The notes: generated by a model not told the origin, from the sequence alone. Numbered from the stretch's first letter, positions 41,188 to 54,216 are shown. The stretch: DNA of 64,000 nt from Alphaproteobacteria bacterium (GCA_964291285.2 OZ219786.1:1280001-1344000), one strand, 5' to 3'. Numbers and translations are program-made.

Positions 41188-42089
41188 GCGCTGCCGCTCC
41201 ATGAATAGACCTTGCCCGGCTCCGGTTCCCAGACCGATGCGGCCTCGACATCCGGCAGGCAGGCCAGCGCCCGGAACTCCGAGGCCATGGCGACCCAGTC
41301 GTCGTTCTCCGCCATCACGGCGGGCTTGCAGGCGATCGGGTCGCGAAGGACCGAGAAGCCGTCCCTCGTGCCGACCGCGAACGTGTAGAAGCCGTCGAGG
41401 TCCCTGATGCCGGCCTCCAGCGCCTCGGCGATGCTGGCGCCCTCGCCGATCCGCCAGGTCAGGTAGCCGGCAGCGACCTCGGTGTCATTGTCGGTCTGGA
41501 ACCGCACGCCCTGTTGCTCGCGCAGCCAGTCGCGCAGGCGGTGGTGGTTGGAGAGCGAGCCGTTGTGGACGAGGCAAAGATCGTCGCCGGTGTTGAAGGG
41601 GTGAGCCCCGGCGGTCGTCACGGCGCTTTCCGTCGCCATGCGCGTGTGGCCGATCATGTGCGAGCCCGCCATCTGGCTGACGCCGAACCGGTCCAGGACA
41701 TCCGCCGGCAGGCCGACATCCTTGTAGATTTCGAGCACCGTGCCGGAACTGGTGACGCTGAGCTCCGGATGCCCGGCCTCGACCCAGTCCCGCAGGCTGC
41801 CGGCGTCGACGGAGGCTCTGAGGACGGCATGGTTGGACGCCGGTTCGACTGCAGCCTCGGTGCCCAGCGCTTCGCCCGCCTCCACGGCGAGCCCGGACCA
41901 GTCGTAACCGGGCGCCATGCTGCACACCGTGACCTTCGCCTCGTTCCGTCCGCCTTCTTCCCGATAGACCGCAAAGCCCGCGCTGTCGGGGCCGCGCTCG
42001 GTCATTTCCCCCATCATCGGCGTGAAGAGGCGGCCCAGATGCGGGCGCAGGGCAGGGTTCTTGAGATAGAGCCCAACGATGCCGCACAT
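41184..42089 (-). CDS. glxB: N-methylglutamate synthase class II amidotransferase subunit (MgsA)
   Basis: MCGIVG, RGPDSAG, GHTRMATES, HNGSLSN, RDPIACKP. Confidence 0.9.
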   Translation of the reverse strand: MCGIVGLYLKNPALRPHLGRLFTPMMGEMTERGPDSAGFAVYREEGGRNEAKVTVCSMAPGYDWSGLAVEAGEALGTEAAVEPASNHAVLRASVDAGSLRDWVEAGHPELSVTSSGTVLEIYKDVGLPADVLDRFGVSQMAGSHMIGHTRMATESAVTTAGAHPFNTGDDLCLVHNGSLSNHHRLRDWLREQQGVRFQTDNDTEVAAGYLTWRIGEGASIAEALEAGIRDLDGFYTFAVGTRDGFSVLRDPIACKPAVMAENDDWVAMASEFRALACLPDVEAASVWEPEPGKVYSWSGSA

Positions 42090-42142
42090 GGCTTCCTCCT
42101 CCCGCGCCAGCCGCGTCTCGGCCGCAGTATAGGGCGTCCGGG

Positions 42143-43750
42143 TCAGACCTGCAGCGCCACGCCGTCATGGCCCGGATCGGCCCCGCCGTCGAGGCTGCCG
42201 CCGGCCAGCAGCCTTATGCCATGCACCGCTGCGAAGCCGAAGGTGAGCGGGCTGCGGACGATCTCATAGCCCATTCGCTCCAGAGGCTCGACGACATAGC
42301 CCGGAATGCGGTTCGAGATGTCGATGGCGTTCGAGGTCGAGGAGAAGCGCGGCGCCGACACCGCCTCGGTCATGGTCATGCCGTGGTCGAGCACATTCAG
42401 GATCGCTTGCGTCACGCCCATCGCGATCTGGGTGCCGCCCGGCGCGCCGAGCGCGAGGCAGGGCCGGTCGCCCTCGAAGACGATTGTCGGACAGAGCGAG
42501 GAAAACCGGCTCTTGCCGGGTGCGATCGACCCCGCCCGGCCCGGGCGCGGATCGAAGACCGCCATGCAGCCGTTGTACATGAAGCCGAGACCGGGCGTGA
42601 TGACGCCCGACGGCATGCCGAGCGAGTGGGTCATCGTGACGATCCCGCCCTCGCGGTCCACGGCCACGACATGTGTGGTGTCGGCCGGCTCCGGCGCGAC
42701 CCGTGTCACCGAGGCCCGCTCGCCGCGCGCGATTTCGCCTGCAAGCTCCGCGCCGTAATCCCTGGAAAGCAGCCAGTCCAGAGGCACGTCGTAGAAGGCC
42801 GGGTCGCCGACATGGGCGTCCTTGTCGCGCGTCGCCCGCTTCATCGCCTCGCTGACGACGCGCAGATACTCGGTGCTGTTGTGCCCCATGGCCGCCAGGT
42901 CGAAATGCCCGAGCTGGTTCAGAATCTGCAACACCTGCACGCCGCCGCCGGGCGGGCGGTTGGAGGCGACGCGCCGGCCCCGATAGTCCGTCCAGACGGG
43001 CTCCGTGCGGGTCGTGCGGTAGGCGGCGAGGTCGGCGGCTGTCATCAGCCCGCCATTGGCGCGCATGTCGGCGTCGATCTCCTCGGCGATCTCGCCGGTG
43101 TAGAAGATGTCCGAGCCGTTCCTGGCCACGCGCTCCAGCGTCTGCGCGAGGTCCGGATTGACGACCCGATCGCCCGTGCCTTTCAGGCGTCCGTCCTCGT
43201 GGAAGTAGACGGCTCGGCCGGTGGCGGAGAAGGCGTTGCGGTCCCGGTTTGCGGTGCGGCCGAGCTGTTCCGTCTGCCGCCACCAGAAATCGACATGCGG
43301 GCGCACGGTGAAGCCCTCGCGGGCCCGGGCCACGGCAGGGGCGCAGATATCCGCCCAGTCCCAGCTTCCGAACTCCGTTGCGGCCTCGAAATAGGCCTTG
43401 AGGGCGCCCGGCGTGGTAATCGACTGGTAGCCGAGATCGTTGACGCGGTCCTTCAGGATGAAACCGAAGCCGTCCCGCGTCTCGCTTTCGAGCAGGTCTT
43501 CCCACATCGCTGGATGCGCGGCGAGCGGCGTCTTGCCGTGAAAGTCGATGCAGCAATGAACGCCCCGGGACGGCAGGAAGAGATGACAGGAGCCGAAGCC
43601 CGCTATGCCGCACATCTGCGGATCGACCACGCCCTGCACGAGGGCGGCGGCGATAGCGGCATCGACGGCGTTTCCGCCCCGCTGCAGCACGCGGGCGCCG
43701 GCTTCGGCGGCCTCCGGCTGGGCGGCGACGATCATGGCCGGGCGGGTCAT
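42143..43750 (-). CDS. ggt: gamma-glutamyltransferase family protein
   Basis: GGNAVDAA, DTTHVVAVD (catalytic Thr), PGKSRFSS, GAPGG, GGADP. Confidence 0.88.
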   Translation of the reverse strand: MTRPAMIVAAQPEAAEAGARVLQRGGNAVDAAIAAALVQGVVDPQMCGIAGFGSCHLFLPSRGVHCCIDFHGKTPLAAHPAMWEDLLESETRDGFGFILKDRVNDLGYQSITTPGALKAYFEAATEFGSWDWADICAPAVARAREGFTVRPHVDFWWRQTEQLGRTANRDRNAFSATGRAVYFHEDGRLKGTGDRVVNPDLAQTLERVARNGSDIFYTGEIAEEIDADMRANGGLMTAADLAAYRTTRTEPVWTDYRGRRVASNRPPGGGVQVLQILNQLGHFDLAAMGHNSTEYLRVVSEAMKRATRDKDAHVGDPAFYDVPLDWLLSRDYGAELAGEIARGERASVTRVAPEPADTTHVVAVDREGGIVTMTHSLGMPSGVITPGLGFMYNGCMAVFDPRPGRAGSIAPGKSRFSSLCPTIVFEGDRPCLALGAPGGTQIAMGVTQAILNVLDHGMTMTEAVSAPRFSSTSNAIDISNRIPGYVVEPLERMGYEIVRSPLTFGFAAVHGIRLLAGGSLDGGADPGHDGVALQV

Positions 43751-44622
43751 GGCGGCATCTCCCTGCGGGCGGCGGAGCGTAGCCCAAGAGCCGAGTTCAT
43801 GGCGAGTGCCGCGACGATCACCGCGCCTGCGGCCAGCACGGCCTTTGTCGGCGTTTCGCCCGTGCCAAGCCACACCCAGAGCGGCCCGAGCAGGGTTTCC
43901 AGCAGCAGCAACAGCCCTACCTCCGCCGCCGGAATGTATCGGGGGCCGGTGCTGATGAGGCCGATCCCCGCCGGAAGCAACAGGCAGGCCATGAGCGCCA
44001 GCCAGAGCACCCCCGTTTCCGAAACCGAGAAAGGCGAAGCGAACGGCAGCGCCACAAGCGCCGCCGCCAGATTGCCCCAGATCGGCACGGGGAGCGTGCT
44101 CGCGGCCCGGATCGAACGCAGCAGGACGAAATAGGCGGCGAGCCCCACCGTTGCCCCCGCCGCGCAAAGATTGCCGGCGAGCCGCCCCCTCTCCAGATCG
44201 TCCGCGAAAATGACCGCGACCCCGCCGGCCACGGCAACCGCGGCCACCCACGTCCGGGGCGGCACCGGCTCGCCCAGGAAGAGCCGCCCGATGACCGCCG
44301 CGGCGAGCGGCGAGGCGGCCAGCACGACCAGCACATTCGCCGCGGCGGTGAGTGCCAGCGCCCAGATGAAGCAGTGGCTGACCGCGACCAGCAGCGCGGC
44401 CCCCAGCAGCCGGCGCGGACCGAACCGGAACATGTTGCGCAGCCCCGCCCGTCCCTCGACCGCCTGCACGATGACGACAAGGGCGCCGGCAATGCCCAGC
44501 CCCCGCCAGAACACCAGGGTCCATGGGTCGGCATCGACCAGGCGCACCAGTAATGTGTCGGGTGTAACGGCGAGGACGCCGACAAATGTCAGCGCAAGGC
44601 CGCGAGCGTATTGCGAGCGCAT
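43747..44622 (-). CDS. DMT/EamA family transporter
   Basis: About 10 hydrophobic segments, PDTLLVR, LETLLGPLWVWL.GE.P. Confidence 0.85.
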   Translation of the reverse strand: MRSQYARGLALTFVGVLAVTPDTLLVRLVDADPWTLVFWRGLGIAGALVVIVQAVEGRAGLRNMFRFGPRRLLGAALLVAVSHCFIWALALTAAANVLVVLAASPLAAAVIGRLFLGEPVPPRTWVAAVAVAGGVAVIFADDLERGRLAGNLCAAGATVGLAAYFVLLRSIRAASTLPVPIWGNLAAALVALPFASPFSVSETGVLWLALMACLLLPAGIGLISTGPRYIPAAEVGLLLLLETLLGPLWVWLGTGETPTKAVLAAGAVIVAALAMNSALGLRSAARREMPP

Positions 44623-44659
44623 GAGAGGCCGGACGGCGGCGCCGCGGCCCGGCCGTGTG

Positions 44660-45088
44660 CTACGCGGCGTCGTCCAGGACGACGTCCTCGCGCTCCTGGG
44701 TCGGACCGCTGTCCTGGCCCTTGGCGGCGACGTCCCGGTCCACGAATTCGATCAGCGCCATCGGCGCCATGTCGCCCTTGCGGAAGCCGGCCTTGAGCAC
44801 CCGCGTATAGCCGCCGGGGCGATCCGCATAGCGCTCCCGCAGGGTTAAGAACAACTTTGCGACCATGGCGTCGTCCCGGAGCCGGGCGAAGGCCTGCCGG
44901 CGTGCATGAAGGTCACCGCGCTTGGCGAGCGTGACCAGCCTTTCCACCACCGGGCGCAACTCCTTGGCCTTCGGCAGGGTGGTGCGGATCTGTTCATGCT
45001 TGATGAGTGCGTTCGCCATGTTGGAGAACATCGCCTTGCGGTGGGCCCAACTACGGTTGAGCCGCCGGCCCTGTTTGCGATGGCGCAT
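44660..45088 (-). CDS. rplQ: 50S ribosomal protein L17
   Basis: [22 protein letters not shown]. Confidence 0.97.
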   Translation of the reverse strand: MRHRKQGRRLNRSWAHRKAMFSNMANALIKHEQIRTTLPKAKELRPVVERLVTLAKRGDLHARRQAFARLRDDAMVAKLFLTLRERYADRPGGYTRVLKAGFRKGDMAPMALIEFVDRDVAAKGQDSGPTQEREDVVLDDAA

Positions 45089-45105
45089 CGCTTGCCCCCT
45101 CCCGC

Positions 45106-46134
45106 TCAGAACGGCTCGTCGAGCCGCTTGGCCAGCTCTTCGATATTGTCCGGCGGCCAGTTCGGCACTTCCATGCCGAGGTCCAGCTCCATCTGCTTCA
45201 GCAGCGCCTTGATCTCGTTCAGCGACTTCCTGCCGAAATTCGGCGTGCGGAGCATTTCGTTCTCGGTCTTCTGCACCAGGTCGCCGATATAGATGATGTT
45301 GTCGTTCTTCAGGCAGTTCGCCGAGCGGACCGACAGTTCCAGCTCTTCGACCTTGCGCAGCAAATGCGGGTTGAACGGCAGATCGACGGCCCGGCCCTCC
45401 GGCTGCGACTGCTGGAGTTCCTCGAAATTCACGAACAGTTGCAACTGGTCCTGCAGGATGCGGGCGGCAAAGGCGACGGCGTCCTCCGGCGAGACGGAGC
45501 CGTCCGTCTGCACGTCGAGCAGCAGCTTGTCGTAGTCCGTGGCCTGGCCGACGCGGGTCTGCTCGATGCGGTAGGACACCTGGCGGACAGGGCTGTATAT
45601 GGCATCCACCGGAATCATGCCGATGGGCGCATCCTCGGGCCGGTTGTCTGCCGCCTGGACATAGCCCTTGCCGTTCTCGACCGTCATTTCCATGCGCAGG
45701 CTGGCGCCTCGGTCGAGCGTGCAGATGACATGGTCGGAGTCCATGATCTCGATGTCGGAGCCCGCCTGGATGCGGCCGGCAGTCACCACGCCCGGTCCCG
45801 TCGCGTCCAGCACCATCCGCCTCGGGCCTTCGGAATGCTTGCGCAGAGCCAGCCCCTTGATGTTGAGGACGATGTCAGTGACGTCCTCGCGGACGCCCGC
45901 AATCGAGGAGAATTCGTGCAGCACGCCGTCAATCTGCACCCGCGTCACGGCCGCACCCTGCAGGGACGACAGCATGATCCGCCGGAGCGCGTTGCCAAGC
46001 GTGATGCCGAAGCCGCGCTCGAGCGGCTCGGCCGAGATGATGGCCGACCGGCCCGGATCGCCCCCGGCCTGCAGGTCGAGCTTGCCGGGCTTGATGAGAT
46101 CCTGCCAATTCTTGTGCGTGAACGATGTGGACAT
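45106..46134 (-). CDS. rpoA: RNA polymerase alpha subunit
   Basis: [33 protein letters not shown]. Confidence 0.97.
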   Translation of the reverse strand: MSTSFTHKNWQDLIKPGKLDLQAGGDPGRSAIISAEPLERGFGITLGNALRRIMLSSLQGAAVTRVQIDGVLHEFSSIAGVREDVTDIVLNIKGLALRKHSEGPRRMVLDATGPGVVTAGRIQAGSDIEIMDSDHVICTLDRGASLRMEMTVENGKGYVQAADNRPEDAPIGMIPVDAIYSPVRQVSYRIEQTRVGQATDYDKLLLDVQTDGSVSPEDAVAFAARILQDQLQLFVNFEELQQSQPEGRAVDLPFNPHLLRKVEELELSVRSANCLKNDNIIYIGDLVQKTENEMLRTPNFGRKSLNEIKALLKQMELDLGMEVPNWPPDNIEELAKRLDEPF

Positions 46135-46193
46135 CACCTCGTTTCAATCCCTGCCGGGAGAGCCGGCCCGCTGGTTTCGATCAGGTGCTGCAG

Positions 46194-46586
46194 TCAAACG
46201 CGCCGACGCTTCGGCGGACGGCAGCCGTTATGCGGTATCGGCGTCACATCGCGAATGGACGTGATCGTGAAGCCAGCCGCCTGAAGCGCGCGCAACGCGG
46301 ATTCGCGCCCCGAACCCGGTCCGCGCACATTGACATCCAGTGTCTTGACGCCGTGCTCCTGCGCCTTGCGGGCGCAGTCCTCGGCGGCGATCTGGGCTGC
46401 GAACGGTGTGGACTTGCGAGAACCCTTGAAGCCCTGCCCGCCCGCCGACGACCAGGCGATCGCATTGCCCTGGACATCGGTGATAGTAATCATCGTGTTG
46501 TTGAACGTCGCATTCACATGCGCGACGCCGGAGGAAATGTTCTTCCGCTCGCGCCTGCGCACGCGGGCGGCAGCTGGCCTCGCCAT
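46194..46586 (-). CDS. rpsK: 30S ribosomal protein S11
   Basis: [28 protein letters not shown]. Confidence 0.97.
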   Translation of the reverse strand: MARPAAARVRRRERKNISSGVAHVNATFNNTMITITDVQGNAIAWSSAGGQGFKGSRKSTPFAAQIAAEDCARKAQEHGVKTLDVNVRGPGSGRESALRALQAAGFTITSIRDVTPIPHNGCRPPKRRRV

Positions 46587-46608
46587 CCTCTACCGGCTCC
46601 TTCCTGGC

Positions 46609-46977
46609 TTATTTCTTCTTGCCGGCGATCGGCCGCGCCTTGCCCTTGCGGGTGCGCGCATTGGTGTGGGTGCGCTGGCCGCGCACGGGAAGTCCCTTGC
46701 GGTGGCGCTGACCGCGGTAGCAGCCGAGGTCCATCAGCCGCTTGATGTTGATCGCGACCTCGCGCCGCAAATCGCCCTCAACCATATAGTCCCGGTCGAT
46801 CGTCTCGCGGATGCGGATGACCTGATCCTCGGTCAACTGGTTGACCCTGTACTCCAGAGGCACCTCCGCCTTCTCGCAGATCTCCCGCGACTTGGCCCGC
46901 CCGATGCCGTGGATGTAGGTCAGCGAGATCTCAACGCGCTTCTGCGTCGGAATGTTGACGCCGGCAATTCGCGCCAC
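46609..46977 (-). CDS. rpsM: 30S ribosomal protein S13
   Basis: [27 protein letters not shown]. Confidence 0.97.
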   Translation of the reverse strand: MARIAGVNIPTQKRVEISLTYIHGIGRAKSREICEKAEVPLEYRVNQLTEDQVIRIRETIDRDYMVEGDLRREVAINIKRLMDLGCYRGQRHRKGLPVRGQRTHTNARTRKGKARPIAGKKK

Positions 46978-47016
46978 TCCTGAACCTCCTTATAGGCTGG
47001 ATCGCTGAAACAGCGC

Positions 47017-47045
47017 AACATACGCCCCGTCGTGAAAACCGTCAA
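47017..47045 (-). promoter_or_regulatory. sigma70-like promoter of the alpha operon
   Basis: TTGACG-N17-TATGTT upstream of rpsM. Confidence 0.6.
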
Positions 47046-47712
47046 CCGCCCAGAGGCCGGCCGCCGGCTTCCCCGCCAAGCGCCACATCGATCTTGTGAG
47101 CAACCTCGCCGATTTCCGCCATGCCGTCAACCCGGCGCAGCAGCCCTTTCGACTCGTAATAGGGCAGGACCGGTTCGGTCTGGCCGCGATAGACCCTGAG
47201 CCGCTCCCGTACCGTCTCGGCGCTGTCATCGGGCCGGCGCTCGAAGTCCGACGCCCCGCATTTGTCGCAACGCCCCGCGACCGCCAGCGGTTTGAAACTG
47301 TCGTGATATCCCTCGCCGCAATTCCTGCAGGTGAACCGTCCGGAAATACGTTCGACCAGCGCCTCCTCGTCCACCTCCAGCAGCAGGACGGCGTCGAGCG
47401 CCATGTCCTTGCTGGCAAGAAGGCCGTCGAGGGCCTCGGCCTGCGCGGTCGTGCGCGGGAAGCCGTCGAGGATAAAACCGCCGGCGCAGTCCCGGGCATC
47501 GATTCGCTTGGAGATGATCCCGGTCATGATCTCGTCCGGCATCAGCCGGCCCGCCTCCACTACCGCCGCAGCCTGCCCGCCGAGATCTCCGCCGCCGGCG
47601 ATTTCCGCCCGCAGCATGTCGCCGGAGGAGAGCTGCGGCAGCCCGCGTTCTTCTGTCAACCGCCTGGCCTGCGTTCCCTTGCCTGCGCCGGGCGGGCCCA
47701 GCAGCACCAGGA

Positions 47713-47716
<4 letters not shown>
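47042..47716 (-). CDS. adk: adenylate kinase with zinc-binding LID
   Basis: GPPGAGKGTQ, GDMLR, LDGFPRT, CxxC...CxxC. Confidence 0.96.
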
Positions 47717-49071
<1,355 letters not shown>

Positions 49072-49080
49072 GGCAGCCGG

Positions 49081-49560
49081 CTATCCTTCCGCCGGCGCCG
49101 CGTTCAGCACAGTCACACTGCCGCCCGCGGCCTCGACCGCCGCCACCGCCGCCTTCGAGGCACCGGCCACCCGGATGTCGAGCCCCGCCTTGAGTTCACC
49201 GCCCGCAAGCAGCCTGATGCCGTCCCGTTCCCGGCGCACCACGCCCGAAGCGACGAGCGCGGCCGCATCGACCGGCTCTGCCGGATCGAGCTTGCCGGCG
49301 TCCACCGCAAGTTGGAGGCGGCCGAGATTGACCGCCTGGTAGCGGGCGCGAAACCGGTGGTTGTTGAAGCCCCGCTTCGGCAACCGGCGGTAGAGCGGCA
49401 TCTGCCCGCCCTCAAACCCGTCGAGGGCCACGCCGCTGCGGGATTTCTGGCCCTTTACGCCGCGCCCGGAGGTCTTGCCCTTGCCGGAACCGATGCCGCG
49501 CCCGACCCGTTTGGCCGTCCTGCGCGCGCCCGGATTGTCGGAGAGTTCGTTCAGCTTCAT
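49081..49560 (-). CDS. rplO: 50S ribosomal protein L15
   Basis: [21 protein letters not shown]. Confidence 0.96.
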   Translation of the reverse strand: MKLNELSDNPGARRTAKRVGRGIGSGKGKTSGRGVKGQKSRSGVALDGFEGGQMPLYRRLPKRGFNNHRFRARYQAVNLGRLQLAVDAGKLDPAEPVDAAALVASGVVRRERDGIRLLAGGELKAGLDIRVAGASKAAVAAVEAAGGSVTVLNAAPAEG

Positions 49561-49606
49561 CGCGTCTTCGTCCTCGCTCGCTCCTGAAATCGGAGGCGGA
49601 CAGCTC

Positions 49607-49804
49607 TTATTCAACCCTTTCCACGCGCACCATGTGCCGCACCTTGGCAATCATGCCCCTCACGGCCGGGGTGTCCTCGAGGATGCGCGACCGGTTCATC
49701 TTGTTCAGCCCGAGGCCGATCAGCGTCTCGCGCTGCACCTTGGGCCGCCGGATCGGCGAACCGGTCTGCGTGACCTTCACGCGCTTTGCCGCCTGCTCAT
49801 TCAT
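49607..49804 (-). CDS. rpmD: 50S ribosomal protein L30
   Basis: [21 protein letters not shown]. Confidence 0.94.
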   Translation of the reverse strand: MNEQAAKRVKVTQTGSPIRRPKVQRETLIGLGLNKMNRSRILEDTPAVRGMIAKVRHMVRVERVE

Positions 49805-50384
49805 TGGCTGCAGCCTCGGCCGGCGCGTCGGCCTCCGCGGACTCGCTGGCCGGCGTGCGCGGCCCGAACAGGTCCGACGGCCGCTTGCCCCGCCTCTGCG
49901 CGACCATGCGCGGGCTCGCCGTGCGGGAAAGCGCTTCGAAGGTGGCCTTCACCATATTGTGCGGGTTGGAGGAGCCGAGCGACTTGGCGACCACATCCTG
50001 AATGCCAAGCGCCTCGAAAACCGCGCGCATCGGCCCGCCGGCAATGACGCCGGTGCCCTGCGGCGCCGCGCGAAGCACAACCCGGCCTGCGCCGAAACGC
50101 CCGTCGACATCGTGGTGGAGAGTGCGCCCGTCCTTCAGCGGCACCCGGCGCATCGTGCGCTTGGCGCGCTCGGTCGCCTTGCGGATGGCTTCCGGCACCT
50201 CGCGCGCCTTGCCGGCGCCGACTCCCGCCCGCCCCTGGCCGTCGCCCGCCACGACGAGCGCCGAGAAGCCGAACCGCCGGCCTCCCTTCACCACCTTGGC
50301 GACGCGGTTGATCGAGACAAGCTTCTCGATGAACTCGCTCTCTTCGCGGTCCCGCCCGCGGTCCGATCTCGGTCCCCGTGCCAT
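49797..50384 (-). CDS. rpsE: 30S ribosomal protein S5
   Basis: [22 protein letters not shown]. Confidence 0.96.
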   Translation of the reverse strand: MARGPRSDRGRDREESEFIEKLVSINRVAKVVKGGRRFGFSALVVAGDGQGRAGVGAGKAREVPEAIRKATERAKRTMRRVPLKDGRTLHHDVDGRFGAGRVVLRAAPQGTGVIAGGPMRAVFEALGIQDVVAKSLGSSNPHNMVKATFEALSRTASPRMVAQRRGKRPSDLFGPRTPASESAEADAPAEAAANE

Positions 50385-50424
50385 GCTGCCCGCCTTCCTT
50401 CCCAGCTCTTGCCCGAGCCTCCCG

Positions 50425-50778
50425 TCAGAACGAGAGGCCGCCCTCGCGGGCCGCATCGGCAAGCGCCTTGACCCGTCCGTGATACCTGTAGCCGCCGCGG
50501 TCGAAGACCACGTCCGTCACGCCCGCAGCGACTGCGCGCTCGGCCAGCCTCGCGCCCACCGCCTCGGCCGCCTGCTTGTTGCCCGCGCCCTGGCGCAGGT
50601 CCTTCTCCAGCGACGAGGCCGCAACCAGCGTCCTGCCCTGCCTGTCGTCCACGATCTGCGCGTAGATATAGCGGTTGGAACGGAACACCGACAGGCGCGG
50701 GCGCCCGCCGCCGGCCTTTCTAAGGCCGTAACGCACACGCCGCCTGCGCCGCTCGAAGAGTTCCCGTGTCGTCAGCAT
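50425..50778 (-). CDS. rplR: 50S ribosomal protein L18
   Basis: [21 protein letters not shown]. Confidence 0.96.
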   Translation of the reverse strand: MLTTRELFERRRRRVRYGLRKAGGGRPRLSVFRSNRYIYAQIVDDRQGRTLVAASSLEKDLRQGAGNKQAAEAVGARLAERAVAAGVTDVVFDRGGYRYHGRVKALADAAREGGLSF

Positions 50779-50787
50779 CGCCCGCCT

Positions 50788-51324
50788 CTACTTCTTCTTG
50801 CCTTCCTTGCGGAAGACGTATTCGCCCTCATACCTCACACCCTTGCCCTTGTAGGGCTCGGGCTTGCGCCAGGCGCGGATCTCGGCGGCGACCTGGCCGA
50901 CGCGCTGCCGGTCGGCACCGCTGACGGCAATCGTCGTCGGGCGCTCGCAGACGATCTCGATACCCTCCGGGATCGGATATTCGACCGGATGGCTGTAGCC
51001 GAGCGACAACACCAGCACCCGCCCCCTCACCTCGGCGCGGTAGCCGACCCCGGAGATTTCCAGATTGCGGGTGAAACCCTGGCTCACGCCCGTCACGATA
51101 TTCTGCGCGAGCGACCGGGTCGTGCCCCACATGGCGCGGGCCCGTTTGGACTCGTCGCGCGGCCGCACGGTAATCAGGCCGTCCGTGAGTTCGACTTCGA
51201 CAAACTCCTCGGAAACCGGGAAGCTGAGTTCGCCGAGCCTGCCCCGGGCGCTCAGCACGGCGCCTTCGTAGCGAACTTCGGCCCCGTCCGGGATTGCGAC
51301 GGGATTCTTTCCAACGCGGGACAT
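50788..51324 (-). CDS. rplF: 50S ribosomal protein L6
   Basis: MSRVGK, GVGYRA, PEPYKGKG. Confidence 0.96.
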   Translation of the reverse strand: MSRVGKNPVAIPDGAEVRYEGAVLSARGRLGELSFPVSEEFVEVELTDGLITVRPRDESKRARAMWGTTRSLAQNIVTGVSQGFTRNLEISGVGYRAEVRGRVLVLSLGYSHPVEYPIPEGIEIVCERPTTIAVSGADRQRVGQVAAEIRAWRKPEPYKGKGVRYEGEYVFRKEGKKK

Positions 51325-51719
51325 CAGAACACCTGGCAGAGCACTTCGCCGCCGACATTGAAGGACCGCGCTTCGTGGTCCGACATCACGCCGCGCGGCG
51401 TCGACAGGATCTGGATGCCGAGCCCGTTATTGTAGGGCTTGAGGTCCTTGATCCGGGAATAGACCCGCCGGCCCGGCTTCGAAACCCGTTGGATCGAGCG
51501 GATCACCGGCTGGCCTTCGTAATATTTCAACTCGATGCGCAGCTCTCCGGCCGGCCCCTCATGGCTTTCTTCATAGCTGCGGATATAGCCCTCGCGCGCC
51601 AGCACCTGCAGCACGTTCATGCGCAGCTTGGACTTCGGCGACACGACATGCGGCTTGCCGGCCCGCTGGCCGTTGCGGATGCGGGTGAGCATATCGCCCA
51701 GAGGATCGCTCATCGTCAT
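51324..51719 (-). CDS. rpsH: 30S ribosomal protein S8
   Basis: [16 protein letters not shown]. Confidence 0.96.
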   Translation of the reverse strand: MTMSDPLGDMLTRIRNGQRAGKPHVVSPKSKLRMNVLQVLAREGYIRSYEESHEGPAGELRIELKYYEGQPVIRSIQRVSKPGRRVYSRIKDLKPYNNGLGIQILSTPRGVMSDHEARSFNVGGEVLCQVF

Positions 51720-51738
51720 TGGATGGCCACCTCCTTTC

Positions 51739-52044
51739 CTACCAGCTCGCCTTGACGACGCCGGGCACCTGCCCCCGCGACGCCAATTCGCGAAGCGCGA
51801 TCCGCGACAGGCGGAACTTGCGGTAATAGCCCCGCGGCCGACCGGATACCTCGCAACGGTTGCGCAACCGCACCTTGGCGCCGTTGCGCGGCAGGGTCGC
51901 GAGCTTCAGTGAAGCGGCGAAGCGCTCATCCGGCGCGCGCGACGCGTCGCGCACCTCGGCTCGCAAGGCCGCGCGCCTTTTCGCATACCGCGCCACGATC
52001 CGGCGGCGTTTCCGTTCCCGCTCCACCATGCTGACCTTGGCCAT
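51739..52044 (-). CDS. rpsN: 30S ribosomal protein S14 (long, zinc-free type)
   Basis: [22 protein letters not shown]. Confidence 0.96.
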   Translation of the reverse strand: MAKVSMVERERKRRRIVARYAKRRAALRAEVRDASRAPDERFAASLKLATLPRNGAKVRLRNRCEVSGRPRGYYRKFRLSRIALRELASRGQVPGVVKASW

Positions 52045-52068
52045 GGGCGTTCCTGTCCTCCCTTGCGC

Positions 52069-52608
52069 CTAGCGTTCGAACGGCATGTTGAGGCCGCCGA
52101 GCAGGGCCCGCGCTTCCTCGTTCGTGCGAGCCGTGGTGCAGATGACGATGTTCATCCCGCGAATCGCATCGACCCTGTCGTAGGAGATCTCGGGAAAGAT
52201 GATCTGCTCCCGGATCCCGAGCGAATAGTTGCCGCGTCCGTCGAAGGCCCTGGGCGACACGCCGCGGAAATCGCGCACACGCGGCAGCGCGATGGTCGTC
52301 AGGCGGTCGAAGAACTCCCACATCCGCGTCCGGCGCAGCGTGACCTTGCAGCCGATCGTCATCCCCTCGCGCAGTTTGAAGCCGGCGATCGATTTCCGGG
52401 CCTTGGTCACCACCGGCCTCTGGCCGGAAATGGCCGTGAGGTCCGCAACCGCAGCCTCGATCTTCTTGCTGTCGCCCACGGCTTCGCCGACGCCCATGTT
52501 CAGCACGATCTTGTCGAGCGCCGGCACCTGCATGGGGTTCGTGTAGCCGAACTGCTCGATCAGCGCCGGGCGCACTGTCTCGCGGTAGATGTCCTGGAGA
52601 CGGGGCAT
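52069..52608 (-). CDS. rplE: 50S ribosomal protein L5
   Basis: [21 protein letters not shown]. Confidence 0.96.
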   Translation of the reverse strand: MPRLQDIYRETVRPALIEQFGYTNPMQVPALDKIVLNMGVGEAVGDSKKIEAAVADLTAISGQRPVVTKARKSIAGFKLREGMTIGCKVTLRRTRMWEFFDRLTTIALPRVRDFRGVSPRAFDGRGNYSLGIREQIIFPEISYDRVDAIRGMNIVICTTARTNEEARALLGGLNMPFER

Positions 52609-52620
52609 GATGCAGGCCTC

Positions 52621-52938
52621 CTAGCGGTCTATCACCGAGCCGGAACCCCGCGCGAAACGGACCTTGCGGCCGTCGTCGAGGAAGCGGAACCCCACGCGGG
52701 TCGGCTTGTCGGTCTCGGGGTCGATATGGGCGAGATTGGAGAGATGGACGGTCGCCTCGATCTCTTCGACGCCGCCCGAACCCTGCGCGCTGTCGCGGCG
52801 GTGCTTGGTGACCATGTTGACGCCCTGCACCACCGCGCGCTCCTTGTCCGGCAGCACGCGCAGCACTTCCCCGCGCTTGCCCCGGTCGCGGCCGGTCAGC
52901 ACCGCCACCCGGTCGCCCTTGCGAATACGCGCCGCCAT
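52621..52938 (-). CDS. rplX: 50S ribosomal protein L24
   Basis: IRKGDRV..GRDRGK KOW motif. Confidence 0.95.
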   Translation of the reverse strand: MAARIRKGDRVAVLTGRDRGKRGEVLRVLPDKERAVVQGVNMVTKHRRDSAQGSGGVEEIEATVHLSNLAHIDPETDKPTRVGFRFLDDGRKVRFARGSGSVIDR

Positions 52939-53306
52939 CACAGCACCTCCGGGGCGAGCGAGATGATCTTCATGAACCGCTTGGCGCGCAGCTCGCGCGT
53001 TACCGGGCCGAAAATGCGCGTGCCGACCGGCTCGTTCTGCGGGCTCAGAATCACCGCGGCATTGCGGTCGAAGCGGATCGCAGTGCCGTCGGGCCGCGTC
53101 ACTTCCTTCTTGGTGCGCACCACCACCGCGCGGCGGATTTCGCCCTTGCGCACGCGGCCGCGCGGGATCGCCTCCTTCACGGAGACGACGATGATGTCGC
53201 CCACCGACGCCGTCCGGCGGCCGGTGCCCCCGAGCACCCGGATGCACTGCACCCGGCGGGCCCCGGAGTTGTCGGCGACGTCGAGACTGGTCTCGACCTG
53301 GATCAT
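52938..53306 (-). CDS. rplN: 50S ribosomal protein L14
   Basis: [22 protein letters not shown]. Confidence 0.97.
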   Translation of the reverse strand: MIQVETSLDVADNSGARRVQCIRVLGGTGRRTASVGDIIVVSVKEAIPRGRVRKGEIRRAVVVRTKKEVTRPDGTAIRFDRNAAVILSPQNEPVGTRIFGPVTRELRAKRFMKIISLAPEVL

Positions 53307-53569
53307 GCCCCGGCCTCCCCGGACGCCCGTTCCTCACCCACGCGGCCGAGCGCCGTCCAGCGCTTGCGCCTGGAGATCGGGCGGTGCTCCTCAATCCGCA
53401 CGGTATCGCCTTCGCGATACAGGTTCTCCTCGTCATGCGCGGCGAACTTCTTCGAGCGCGTGATGAACTTCTTGTAGAGCGGATGGCGCACACGGCGGTC
53501 GACGCGGACGATGATCGTCTTGTCCATCTTGTCGCTGACCACGACGCCCTGAAGGATTCGTTTCGGCAT
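53303..53569 (-). CDS. rpsQ: 30S ribosomal protein S17
   Basis: [26 protein letters not shown]. Confidence 0.95.
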   Translation of the reverse strand: MPKRILQGVVVSDKMDKTIIVRVDRRVRHPLYKKFITRSKKFAAHDEENLYREGDTVRIEEHRPISRRKRWTALGRVGEERASGEAGA

Positions 53570-53582
53570 GGCGGTGTCGTCC

Positions 53583-53786
53583 TCAGGCCCCGGCCGCCGC
53601 GCGGCTCTTCTCGCCGAGGATCGTCTTGATCCTGGCGATGTCCCGGCGCACCTTGCGTATCTCGGCGGTGTTTTCGAGCTGACCCGACGCTCTCTGGAAG
53701 CGCAGGTTGAAGGCCGCCTTCTGGAGGTCCTCCAGAAGCTCCGACAGCTCGTCTGCGGTGCGTGCGCGCACATCGATCGCCTTCAT
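53583..53786 (-). CDS. rpmC: 50S ribosomal protein L29
   Basis: [15 protein letters not shown]. Confidence 0.95.
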   Translation of the reverse strand: MKAIDVRARTADELSELLEDLQKAAFNLRFQRASGQLENTAEIRKVRRDIARIKTILGEKSRAAAGA

Positions 53787-53790
53787 GGCC

Positions 53791-54204
53791 TCAGACCCCG
53801 TCGCGGACGACCACGCGGGTCGCAATCGGCAGCTTCGCGGAAGCGAGCGCAAAGGCGTCGCGGGCTACGGTCTCGGGCACGCCGTCGAGCTCGAACATGA
53901 TCCGCCCGGGCTTGACCTTCGCCACCCAGTATTCCGGTGAGCCCTTGCCCTTGCCCATGCGCACCTCGGCCGGTTTGGTCGAGACCGGCACATCCGGGAA
54001 GATGCGGATCCACACCTTGCCGGCGCGGCGCATCCGGCGGGTGATCGTGCGCCGGGCGGCCTCGATCTGCCGGGCGGTAATCCTGGCCGGCGCTGCAGCC
54101 TTCAGCCCATAGCTGCCGAAAGTCAGCGCCGTGCCGCCCTTCGCCATGCCGTGGATGCGCCCCTTCTGCCGCTTGCGGTATTTCGTGCGCCTCGGTTGCA
54201 GCAT
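53791..54204 (-). CDS. rplP: 50S ribosomal protein L16
   Basis: [22 protein letters not shown]. Confidence 0.97.
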   Translation of the reverse strand: MLQPRRTKYRKRQKGRIHGMAKGGTALTFGSYGLKAAAPARITARQIEAARRTITRRMRRAGKVWIRIFPDVPVSTKPAEVRMGKGKGSPEYWVAKVKPGRIMFELDGVPETVARDAFALASAKLPIATRVVVRDGV

Positions 54205-54216
54205 AGCCCCGCCTCC

